Part shown: positions 34,726 to 46,403 of the stretch, in pieces
Position numbering within the stretch: position 1 is the stretch's first letter
How the letters are laid out: each line of letters starts with the position of its first letter
Assembly (NCBI GenBank): GCA_964036045.1
Contig: OZ038379.1
Coordinates: 3,410,001 to 3,474,000, forward strand
DNA from: Eutreptiella sp. 'Long Island Sound 2002'
Taxonomy: Eukaryota > Protista > Euglenida
Length of the DNA: 64,000 nt
Direction of reading: 5' to 3'
Made by a program: the position numbers and the translations under genes
The notes under the pieces: model-generated
What the model saw: only the letters and a program-made list of their open reading frames with translations
Database searches by the model: none
What the model was told of the DNA's origin: nothing

Positions 34726-35954
34726 CTACGGTAACAATGTATTTGTTTCATTTCATTGGAGTTTCCGCATTTCATTTCATTCCCCCAATTTTCGAGTTCA
34801 TGCTTTGAAACAAGGGCGGGGGCCTTCCTTCGCGACGCGTGTTGCACATTCGCAATGCAATGAATCAAGATTGGCTGGTTCTAAACCCACGATGCACCGC
34901 GCCAACGTCGCACTTCATGAAAATTGGGACACGGAAAGAAACCATCAAAGTGCGTGTCCACAAGTCACCCTCATCAAATTTGAGTGGCTACTACGATCAT
35001 GGACAACGACGCTACCCTTTTTTTGGCGCATGCATTGGTCGAGCACAGCGCAACGGACACCCAACATACGCCCGGAAGATGTTCTTCCTCAAATAATTGA
35101 AGAGTATCCGGCCGCCTTGGGTGTTGAACACGTAGCGCACGCCGATGCTATACTCCTTTTGATTGGTCGGGTCGCGGACAATCACGTACCGGACGTACCC
35201 CTTCATCACCTTCCCCATCTTCAAAATGTCTCCATCCTCATGTTCCATCGCTTCGCCGTGGATGTCACAAGGCTTCGAGTGGGCCTCGGCATCCGAATGC
35301 ACGTCAATGTCCTTCACACTTTGGTTCACATTCATCATCGTGTGGAACGATATAAAGTCGATGCAATGAAGTATCTCAATGGGATAGTTCAGAGTCACGA
35401 CAGATCGGATCACCCAATCAACAAATGAACTGAGAGACAAAAGAACGTTTACAGTCAATAAAAACCCTCTTGCCTTTGTCTGATCACCTTTTCTTCGTCG
35501 AATACACCACAACGACAACAATCATGAACACTCATGATGAACGGAGGCTGAACGCGGGTAAACGCGACGACGGTTTGCACGTTGGTTGTGTCGCTTTTCT
35601 TGGGCGGCAGCTGCCAAGCCAGTGCGCGAACGCACAGAAAGATCGCCGCGAGCACCCGTATCAGATCGGCTGAAATCGTTGAATGGAACGAATGAAGATG
35701 TACTCCCCCCCCCCCCATATCTCCCCTCCAGGGACGACGGTTACCCCCCACCCCGGGAGGGACGGTCACCAAATGACGGTTCCTCCCACCCCTGAGGGGG
35801 ACGAACACCACAAAACAGTACCCTGAATTCTAGTGTACCTAACTACAATTGTTCTTCGGTGCCTGTGATTTCCTATCGATTTCCTGTTGTTCATGGGCGC
35901 AGTGACCTTCGGGGAGAGGGGGGGGGCTGGACAAATGAGGGGTGGTGAGGGTAC

Positions 35955-36245
35955 AACGACCAATGTGACGACTACAAAAGAGATAGCAGGAGAGACGATT
36001 ACCGAAGGGATGACAAAAGACGAGATGATTATGATTACGATAAAAGGGATTACAACGATGATGGATATGGAGGGGGTCGAGGTGTGGTGCTGCCCACTTG
36101 CACTTTTTCAGTCCCACACATGTGCCCATTCATCCGTTGGCATGAGGACTCTCATGTAAGGGATTGTTTTGGTGTTTGCACAGATATCCTTGCCGAGCAT
36201 GTTCATGATGGAATCCAAAATTAAACGGTTGCTCATCATATGAAG
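35955..36245 (+). pseudogene. 3' fragment of the RRM/SR-like gene, copy 2
   Basis: Near-identical to 26890-27180. Confidence 0.85.
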
Positions 36246-36446
36246 ACGAAATGACCGGTATTGCTCGAGCTCGAGCTTGCCTTCTCGCTGGATGACTCGG
36301 AGTCACTGGAGGGCATACGCAAAATGGCTCCATCGGTTGCGAAGCGGCCCATGCTTCCTTCTTCCAGACGACCTTCTCGCCCTGTGCTACACTTCCTGCC
36401 ATACCCCAGCATCTCAAAAAACATGGAAGTGCGATGGGGTCCACCC

Positions 36447-36922
36447 CAGGGCTGTGCTTAACGGGGAAGTTTTGGCCTGGGGGGGGGCGGGGGGGGGGGG
36501 GTTAGAGAATGGGGACCCTCCTCCTTGCGTGCAAAAGTGGCATACAAAACCTTTCTGGCTGCCAACGCATCTTTGGACGAACCCCTTAATGGCTGCCGGT
36601 CATAGACTACTATCCCTTTTACCGGCAGCAGGTTCTCCAAGTGTCATGAAGGATGGCCCCCCAGACCACAAATTCCATGCTTTTGAAGTGTTGCAGCAAT
36701 TTCTTTGCCTTTGGATCCTCCTCAAGAACTCTGTACATTGCTCCAAACTGATTGAAAATATTGGTTACACATCCTAAGAATCTTACCAATCTTGCTATTC
36801 CTATATTGCTTAAAGAGGAGGAGTGGTGGGGGGAGAGGGTCTAGGGGGGGAGAGGGGGGGCGGGGTCCAGGGGGAGGGGCACCCCTCCTCCTTGCGGAAA
36901 AAAACAATTAAGCACAGGCCTG
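36447..36922 (-). mobile_element. Internally deleted derivative (476 bp) of the hAT element, at the same insertion site
   Basis: Same TIRs and flanks. About 1.29 kb is missing, with an 8-nt filler tatattgc at 36802-36809. Confidence 0.85.
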
Positions 36923-39900
36923 GTCCGGCCCAACCATACTTCTACACCCGCTGCCTTCATCAGATTCACACCCTGCTCCCGTAGGTCATGATGCTTCACC
37001 TTGCTTGCTACCCTGCGCCAGCTGAGGTGCTTCCACTTCAGCGCTGGTCGCCCATCTCATCCCCGACACGCCCCAGTCTGACCTCCTCCATCACCGAATG
37101 GCACTCACTGACAAAGGACGGCCTTTGGATGGTCATCGGGAGTCCATCAGGTGAGTGCCTTGTGATGAGCGCATACGGACGCAGGGCAGAGAGTCCTATT
37201 GTCTCCCTGCAGAAGTGGGTGCAATAACCTCGAGTGAAAGAACACGTGTGTTTCCAGGGACAGAGGGGGTGTACTTACGCCGTTGCTGGTGTACTTGGGC
37301 TGGCCCACTGGCGCGCCGTGTGACGTGGTTGTCCCAGGTACCGCCGGATGATAGCGTACTGTCATTTACCGTGGGGTCACACTTCCCAATGTGGTATGGT
37401 CTTTCCGCTCCCACTTGCCCCTGTTTGCCCCCAACAATGGCGCTGCGCGTGCCCACCATCTGTGTGAAGTCCTCCCTCATCATCCAGGAGCCCGGGGCCG
37501 CGTAGGCCCACCCCCAAACCGAGAACGCACAACACTCCCCCCCCCCCCCGTAATTGCATTGGAGACCCACAAATGTGACCGCACGGCTCCCGCGCGCACC
37601 ACAACGGCGGGGGGGCATGCGATGCACACACAACTGCCGACCTCCAACTGCATTCTGTGGATGCATGCGGTTCATTCGGTGCTGCAGTCCCAGGGGTTTG
37701 AGGGCAGTGCGGACAAAGTCACCACCGACCTCTCAAACCACAGCCTCGCAGGCTCACCCATGCATGCACCCCAGACCAGGCATCGGACCCCCACGCCGCA
37801 GGTGCGGAGCTGTTCCATCCCCAACAACGCTGCCCCTCAGGAGCTCAAAACCCCCTGCGGAACGCCATGAGACGGTCCCCAGCGCCGTGACAACTGAGGG
37901 GCGCATCAAGGGCTCCGCAACGCGGCAGGCAATGCACGGCAATGTGAGGCCCCACACGCGGCAGCTCATCAGCAACCCCATCTGCCGGGGGGCTGCACAA
38001 TGCATTGCACGGGCGCGGGATTCCAATGAAGGGGGATTCCGATGAGGTGAAGGGGGATGAAGACTGAAAGGCCCTCCTCCGGACGATGCCCTGCTCCATG
38101 GCAGTATGTAAGAGCCAAACGGCACGCGTCCCGCAGGGGGCCTCAGAGCAACGAGCACATTGGTCCCCCTCTCCCGCACTGGGGCCAGGCGCTCTGAACT
38201 ATATAGTTTGTGGAGGCGGGGCTCGGGTGCAAGCGATATATAGATGTATATAGCCATCGGCGTTGCCCCGAACCATCGCGCTCACTCTCCACAAAAGCAG
38301 ATCACAGGCTCAAAGCTGTGACCCTCATCCCGTCGGGTAGGGCTATGCCCAAAGCGATGTCATACTCCGCCTCAATCGGCGCCGCGCTACTGTGCCTTCG
38401 TGCGCTGCATCATCTCAACAAAGTGGAGAGGACTGTGCGCACAAAAAGCAACACCCGATCAGAACAAAATGCTTCGCAGGATCATCCGCGCAAAGACAAC
38501 AACAACAACAAACGTCTGCTGAGGCACGTACCCGTATTCCAAACTGGGGACGTACGCGGCCGCGCCCTCAGCTCAGCGGACCATTCTCTTCGTTCACTTT
38601 GGACGTGCATTCGGGGCGCCGAATCCTCTTCGCCGCCGTCTGCGCAGACCCGTGCCTTCACAAAACGCATGTCGACGGCGTTGCGTCGCGTCGGGCTCGG
38701 CAATGCCAGCCCGCGGTCCAACGCAATCGGCCCGTCTTGCGTACTTCCCGTGAAACGCACCGCAGCTCATCTCCATTGAGCCAGTGGACTGGCAGCGGAC
38801 CAACACTTGCGAAGTCCGAAACGGCCGGGCAATGATTGGGACGGGGGCTGGGGGGGCGGTGTCAGGCATTTCCCAGTGCACAATGGCCTCGGGCTCGGCG
38901 CTGATCCCACACAAATGCCACGGCCACAACGACGGTGGCCTGTGACTGTACTCGAGGCAGAAGACGACCAGAAGAAGCCGCTGGTGGAGCACGAGGCTCC
39001 GCACCCCCGTACAACATTCATGTCAGGAATGGAGGCATTCAACAGTCGTCTGGACCGGCAGAACGGCGTGAAGCGCCGTGGGTCGAGTCAATACGACCCA
39101 ATACGACTCTCAGGCCATCGCATCGCTTGGTGCACCATTCGTCACGGTTTACCGCACAGCCCCGGCCGCGCTGTGGCCCCCCGGGTCGTCAAGGCGGCCT
39201 CGTCGGACATGATCTACTGCGGCGTCCGCCTCATCCGGGGCCACGAGCGTCCGTCGTCTCACCATCGCTTAGTGTGTCGTGGGCGGAGGCGGTATGATCA
39301 CCGCAGCGGCACTCCTCCGCCGGCCATCACCACCGCATCAGGTCCGCCCCCCAGTCTTCAGTCAGCCGCAGCGGCCGGTACCGCGCCAGCGGCACCTCGT
39401 GGCAGCCCAAAGGCCCGGGGTCGCACTGGTCCGCACACACCCGCGGAGGGACCGGACAGGCCTGGGACGACAGGAGGTGGTCCACTTTGATCTGAAGCCT
39501 TTGCTTCGTGTAGCCCATGCGATGCCAGACGTCACTCGCGTCGCTCGAGGTCAGGTCCATGACGTCGGGGTTGCAGATGAGGGGGTCGCAGTCGTGCAGG
39601 GGGCCCTACGCAGTGGCAGACGGAAGTCCGCAGAGCAGTGGCATGCGACGGGGACGAGGGGGTGTCAGGGCACTTCGTACCCACCGGCCGTCGTGGACGT
39701 GAATGTGTGCGACGTTGAGCAGAGGCCCTAACGTCCCCCAGCGGGTCACGCGCGGAAGAGTCAGACCCCCGATCACAAAGCGGATGTGGCAGTCCCCAGC
39801 CTCAGCCCCTCCATTCCCCAGTCTCACAAGGGCTGTCCTCAGCACCAAAACAAAACAGTGCCGGCCTTCGGTCCCCTCGGACCTCCGCAGAGCGCCAGCC

Positions 39901-41381
39901 GATGAGGAGCTGCTGCCGGTCATCGGCCAACCGGCGTCGCTTGGCTATCGGTGAAGTGCCAAACCTCCGTCGGTTGAGTGTCAACCGCCGTCGGTTAACC
40001 GAATCCTGCCACCGACAACCTCCGGCCGTCCGCAGTGCAACAAGAGCCCTGAGCCTCACCGCCCGCTGCACGACTCAGTCTCACCGCCCCGTCAACTCCC
40101 CAGCCCCCTCCCTCACCCCCGCACGCCACTCCCATGTCTCCCCCCAAAAGCAGTTTGATGGGATTCATGGGCTCACTCTCCAAACCCCTCAACCAACTTA
40201 CGGACCCGGTGGTGATGCAGCTTCACTTTGCAATGCGGATAAAAGACGGACCGTTGTTCAGAGCGGAGTGCCAGCGGGAGAAAAACTGCGGCGCCCAATC
40301 GAACGGCGAGCGGCAGACGAAGTCCTGCACCCAATACCACTGGACATACCGGCCGTGACCTGCCACCCCACGCCCGTCCCGGCAACACCTCCGGCCTATC
40401 GCGAAAAACGAGGCAGTGCATGCCGATCATTAATGCGGGGAGGTGTCACATGGCCACACATCCCCCGCCGTATCGGGCCCTCCACAGCGAAGACGGGTGT
40501 GATGTGGCGTCAAGAAGTGTTCTCATGGACGACAAACATACAACACTACATTTGGATCCCCCGTGGGCTCCAGCGGTGTCGGTGGGCGTTGAAAAAGGCA
40601 ATGCCCCAAGCCCCCGAAACAAAACTACAAACGATGACGATCTCGTGCCCGGCGACATGGACCGATGATGCCGGAAGTCGTAGACCCAACCACCGATGCC
40701 ATGCCGCACCGCTGAGACTCACGTCCGCAGTGCGTACGAGGCCTGTGGCACACGCAACGTCCGCTGCAGCAGCGCTGCCGAACGCAACCGCACGCATTGG
40801 GGCGCGCGGCTTCATACCGAAAGTGGCGCATCAGACTCCGCTGTGGGCGACGGGCTGAACGAGTAGGGGGTGTTTTCGTGGGGAGCCTCCGCCGCGCGAG
40901 GCCCTTTGCTGCCGGCAGGCGGGTTGAGCGGAGTGGGGGGATGCACGGTGTTGTGCACGGACCCGAAACGGTCGAGGCTTGAGCTGGACCCGCAACACGA
41001 AAGGATGTTGTCCACGGCGACTTGTAGCTTCTGCCGCGTCTGGCCCATGCGGTGCCTCACGTCACAAGCGTCCGCGTAGTAAATGAGATCCATCGCGGTT
41101 GGGTTGGAGATGTGGGCGTGGGAGTCATACGGCGGAGCCTGAGGTGACGCACGCACTCCGAAGACAAGGGAACCCCATCAGCCTTCCAAGTCCCACGTAA
41201 CCCCCCCATGATGTTGATAGCAAGCACCAAAACAATGGCAAGGACCCGACAATGCCCCCTTATCCGGTCCGAAAATTGCAAGAGGAACAAGGCATCCTTC
41301 CATCGCTTGGCAAATCAACCAAACACACGGTCCCAATTCGGGCACAACAAGACTTGGACTTTGAACCTACCTACACAAAAC

Positions 41382-42323
41382 CTACACAGAGCGACACGGG
41401 GCTATGCATTGCATTACATTGCATTGCATTGCATTGCATTGCACCCTATGTATTGACAAGTGAGGGCGATTTAGAACTTCCGAACTCATGCATAGTTCCG
41501 ATGGAGGGTAGTGTGGAGCATGGCAGTAGCAGTGCCGACCACCACGTCGAGGCGTCGACACACGACGAAAGATGCAACATACCGCAAACGGCTCCGGGAG
41601 TTCTAGTGGAGTGAATTGATGAGGGGCGCCGTGATAATTGTCCTCGGAGGACCCGCCATGGCTCCAACCGGCGGACGGCTCTTCGCCGTGATGCGGTGAT
41701 GTAGTAGGGGGTAGTGAGTAGGGGTCGTTTTGGAACGGTTGTCGGGGCACAAGTGGCGGCAAAGCCACACGTCGATGCCGCGTGCCGTTGCATGCGTCGA
41801 GGTGCCCTTGAGGCGCAATGGGGCAGTACACGTGCTCATCGGGCACCGCTCCAAACGCGTCCGAAAGCCCAGGCAGCGGTCGTCGGGTCTCATGACATGC
41901 GTCAAGCTGCAGCGCAACTTTGGGGTGGGTCTCCGCCACAGAAGGAGCCACGCCGCTATCCGCAACGTCGTCGCCGAACAAGCCGCTCGACACCTCGGAA
42001 TAAACGGCGCTTTTGTGTGGGCTCGAGGTGGAGCGGTCCGCACTCAAGATCCAATCCCTCCGGGTTTGGTAACCATCTTGACTGCAATGAATGTGGGGGC
42101 AGTTTTGTCCCGCCTCGCACGGCGTGTTGGTCACGACCGACTCGCAAAGCCACGACTTGATGTGCTTCTTGTGCCTATGGAAGGACGCGGGCATGTGTCG
42201 GAGCCGTGGAAGCATGCGGGGAGGTGTTGGGCAGACGTCGACGACGGAATCAAACCTTTTTGCAACACTTCGCATCGCTCGGTCGCCTTTTGAAGGACCA
42301 AGCAAAAGCCGTACGAACACGAG
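41382..42323 (-). CDS. CCCH zinc-finger exon or ORF (copy 3), C-terminus extended by a ~190-bp deletion
   Basis: Same finger. Junction gatggaggg|tagtgtggag near 41508 lacks the segment present in copies 1 and 2. Confidence 0.6.
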   Translation of the reverse strand, partial: LVFVRLLLGPSKGDRAMRSVAKRFDSVVDVCPTPPRMLPRLRHMPASFHRHKKHIKSWLCESVVTNTPCEAGQNCPHIHCSQDGYQTRRDWILSADRSTSSPHKSAVYSEVSSGLFGDDVADSGVAPSVAETHPKVALQLDACHETRRPLPGLSDAFGAVPDEHVYCPIAPQGHLDACNGTRHRRVALPPLVPRQPFQNDPYSLPPTTSPHHGEEPSAGWSHGGSSEDNYHGAPHQFTPLELPEPFAVCCIFRRVSTPRRGGRHCYCHAPHYPPSELCMSSEVLNRPHLSIHRVQCNAMQCNVMQCIAPCRSV

Positions 42324-43621
42324 CTACGGTAACAATGTATTTGTTTCATTTCATTGGAGTTTCCGCATTTCATTTCATTCCCCCAATTTTCGAGTTCATG
42401 CTTTGAAACAAGGGCGGGGGCCTTCCTTCGCGACGCGTGTTGCACATTCGCAATGCAATGAATCAAGATTGGCTGGTTCTAAACCCACGATGCACCGCGC
42501 CAACGTCGCACTTCATGAAAATTGGGACACGGAAAGAAACCATCAAAGTGCGTGTCCACAAGTCACCCTCATCAAATTTGAGTGGCTACTACGATCATGG
42601 ACAACGACGCTACCCTTTTTTTGGCGCATGCATTGGTCGAGCACAGCGCAACGGACACCCAACATACGCCCGGAAGATGTTCTTCCTCAAATAATTGAAG
42701 AGTATCCGGCCGCCTTGGGTGTTGAACACGTAGCGCACGCCGATGCTATACTCCTTTTGATTGGTCGGGTCGCGGACGATCACGTACCGGACGTACCCCT
42801 TCATCACCTTCCCCATCTTCAAAATGTCTCCATCCTCATGTTCCATCGCTTCGCCGTGGATGTCACAAGGCTTCGAGTGGGCCTCGGCATCCGAATGCAC
42901 GTCAATGTCCTTCACACTTTGGTTCACATTCATCATCGTGTGGAACGATATAAAGTCGATGCAATGAAGTATCTCAATGGGATAGTTCAGAGTCACGACA
43001 GATCGGATCACCCAATCAACAAATGAACTGAGAGACAAAAGATGGTTTACAGTCAATAAAAACCCTCTTGCCTTTGTCTGATCACCTTTTCTTCTTCGAA
43101 TACACCACAACGACAACAATCATGAACACTCATGATGAACGGAGGCTGAACGCGGGTAAACGCGACGACGGTTTGCACGTTGGTTGTGTCGCTTTTCTTG
43201 GGCGGCAGCTGCCAAGCGAGTGCGCAAACGCACAGAAAGATCGCCGCGAGCACCCGTATCAGATCGGCTGAAATCGTTGAATGGAACGAATGAAGATGTA
43301 CTTCCCCCCCCATATCTCCCCTCCAGAATGGAAAGAATGGAACGAATGAAGAAGATTTTCAAAAATCAAACCTATAATATTGTCCCAGCCCTGTTAGTAC
43401 CAATTTTCATGTCCTGCACCATCTCCTAGGGACGACAGGCGGGATAAGTATACAAAGAGGCAGCAAATGACACGAGATGTGTATACAAGATCGCTACACA
43501 ACGCCATAACAACACCAGGTTGTTCGCATGGTCTTACTCTCTTGAACGTAGCTGTATCATCACTAAGTAAACTAATGCCAAACATCGCAAGCGTCAACGC
43601 TTCCAACTCGTTTAGAGCAAA

Positions 43622-44188
43622 ATGCCTCCGGCATATTCCGCAAGCGATACAAGAGTTTTTGTGGGCAATTTGCCACAAGGTGTCGACAAGCGCGAAGTGG
43701 AAGACGTGTTCCGCCGATTCGGATGTATCACCGACGTGTGGATAGCTCGCAAGCCCGAAAGCGGATTCGGTTTCGTTTATTTTAACGATCGACGTGATGC
43801 AGAGGATGCTTGTGAAGATACGAATCGGCGGGCTAAAATACAAGGGAATATGCTTCGGGTGGAGATTTCACATGATCAACCGGGCAAAGAGAAGCGATCG
43901 CGTGGTGGGGGCGGTTATGGCGGCGGCGGGGGAGGGTATGAAAGTAGAAGAGGTTACGACTACGACGACCGACGTGACGACTACAAAAGAGATAGCAAGA
44001 GAGACGATTACCGAAGGGATGACAATAGACGAGATGATTATGATTACGATAAAAGGGATTACAACGATGATGGTTATGGAGGGGGTCGAGGTGCGGTGCT
44101 GCCCACTTGCACTTTTTCAATCCCACACATGTGCCCATTCATCCGTTGGCGTCCAAACTCTCTTGTAAATTGTTTGGTGTTTGCATAG
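43622..44188 (+). CDS. Single-RRM SR-like protein (SRSF3/7-type RRM) with Gly-rich linker and RD/YD-rich tail
   Basis: RNP2 RVFVGNL, RNP1 SGFGFVYF, F..RDAEDA and LRVEIS. A possible intron at 44091-44188 (gag|gtgcgg ... ttgcatag|) would give a last exon ending at 44229. Confidence 0.85.
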   Translation: MPPAYSASDTRVFVGNLPQGVDKREVEDVFRRFGCITDVWIARKPESGFGFVYFNDRRDAEDACEDTNRRAKIQGNMLRVEISHDQPGKEKRSRGGGGYGGGGGGYESRRGYDYDDRRDDYKRDSKRDDYRRDDNRRDDYDYDKRDYNDDGYGGGRGAVLPTCTFSIPHMCPFIRWRPNSLVNCLVFA

Positions 44189-46331
44189 ATATCCTTGCCG
44201 AGCATGTTCATGATGTAATCCAAAATTAAAATATTGCTTCCGTATGAAAACGAAAGAAGCATACCATGATAAAAATAATGCCGTGCAATAATCGCAATGC
44301 ATTAGAACGGCGCAGGTGCTAGGAACGACTAAGTGTCGTGTCCGTATGCGCGTTGATTTTCTGAGGGTTGGGGTGACTTTTGATGTAAAATACTTGGCAA
44401 AGACATTAAAATCATACCACAGTTGAGAGTGTGGACTCACCCACCTTGAGCGCGTGGATCCGCCCATATTGTTCCTTGAATTGCAGATGAACGAGGATCG
44501 AAACGTCGGTACAGCCGTTCACCAAGGTATGTCATTGCGCGAACGAGAACGCACGTGGCTTTGGCGCAACACCTTGTTCCATCTTTGGATGCCGATGCTC
44601 GTCACTGAACCTGCGACTGCAGTTGCACTGCAAAATGCCAACGCATGCCACTTACGTCGGACCGAATACGGATTACGTTTTACTTCCGTTCTTTCCAACT
44701 TGTGATGACGCGCGCTATGGAGTTGTTTGCGTGAAACACGATGTTGTGTTGTGCTCTCCTTTTTAGTCGCAGCCCCAAGCGAAGGCGCCGAAGTCGAAGT
44801 CGGTCTTGAGCTTGACGTGGACGGTGAAATTGAACGGAGAATTTTTAATGATGATGGGTCGGACATATGACGAATGGGGCTTGGCTTGATTGAGACAAAT
44901 CAACAATAGACAGGGCTAATTCACTTTCTAAATCAAGGGCCTCCGTTATAGCACCTCCACGTGCTAATCGTGTAACTCAATTTGCCCCTAAACAAGGTGC
45001 TATCCACCTTCTCCGCTTTGAGGTGTACTACTTCTATCTTACCCGATATGTTAAGAAATACTTTTGACTACGTAGTCGCACTCCACTAGAGAACGGTTGT
45101 CATTAAGCCCTCCCATACCCCTTCACAACCATTCATGGGGTGTACGATTTCGTTTTGATGGCTCACTATGCCTATGGGAAGACACAAGACAACCCCAATG
45201 AATGGTATCAAATTTTCTTTCTAACAAGCACACAATAGATTTTGCATCCATTCAATCCGCCAACACGCGCGCATCCGGTGTTGCCACTCACTCAATTTTC
45301 ATGTAGCCGCCATTTCTTTGGTACACATTTTCGGTCATTAAGGTGCACGCTTTTTGGTCACTGGTCCTCCCGGCGACACCCCTCGTTTTAGCTCTCAATC
45401 CTTCATGATCCAGCCCCGCGCACAACATTGTCGCATTGTTGCATTGTTACATGACAAAGATCATGCACGCGAGCGACATCATAGGGCATCCCAAGCAACA
45501 ACCAAGGCAACGCGCGATGTTGTGGCACGTGAGCATGACATTGTGTTGTAAAAAAACAAATTTGGTTCGAAGCATGTCCATGGTATGCCAAACGGTTGTG
45601 AAGATAGAATCGTTATGGGAAAAAGACCGTGTGCAAAAACCAATGCAATACGTGAGGGAAAGTGTAAGAGGTGGACGATGATGACCCACGTGGATGGGGC
45701 ACGTCGGCAAAAGTCATGACCCAAGTTGCAAGAGAGGTGACAAACATGCTTTGCACAAATGCACGTTGAATTTCACACTATGCATGTGCGCTTTGGAAGT
45801 GTCACGCACTTCTTTTGAGGGAAATGTATTGTGTGAGTGTAAGAACCACGTCAAAATATTTTTTCTTTCAAATCTTTGACAAAGTCCTCCGCCAAAAGCA
45901 TTGGTCTATACAACAGCGGGACGCAAGGCTTGGTGAGTGGCGCAATCATAGGGGTGGAGTTGGGAGTAGGGTTGTGATTTGGTGCTATTGGCGACGAACT
46001 AGGGTACCCCATGCGATGATCTTGAGCATTTTTGCAGACAGAGGTCGTGCGGTCGGCACGAACGGAAGCCTTGTTTCATGACACGTTGACCACGACAGGG
46101 CAAATTGTTGCACGCGTGCTTTGTTGTTCTTCTTGACACAACATATCTCCTCGCGGTGTGCTTTGCAAGGCGAAAGATTCACGTTGGGATAAGAGTATGG
46201 TGTCCCAATTTTTTCGGGGGTGCCAGTCAAATTTTGGGGGGGAAATTCAACATTTGGAGAATCTTGTTGCAGTTCGGTTGCCAAGTCGTGGACCAACAAT
46301 GTAGAATGGTATGCACATACCTTTGGCAATT

Positions 46332-46403
46332 TTGATGATGATGATGATGATGATGAGGATGACGACGATGATGAGGATGATGAGGATGATGATGATGATG
46401 ATG
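46332..46403. repeat. (GAT)n imperfect trinucleotide microsatellite
   Basis: gatgatgatgat...gaggatgacgacgat run. Confidence 0.95.

Larger units (their letters stand above)
20382..43326. repeat. Tandem segmental array of ~2.7 copies: copy1 20382-29443, copy2 29444-37222, copy3 37223-43326
   Basis: aataacctc(g/a)gtgaaagaacacg starts at 20382, 29444 and 37223 (periods 9062 and 7779). ORF translations are nearly identical between copies, with copy-specific indels. Confidence 0.97.
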
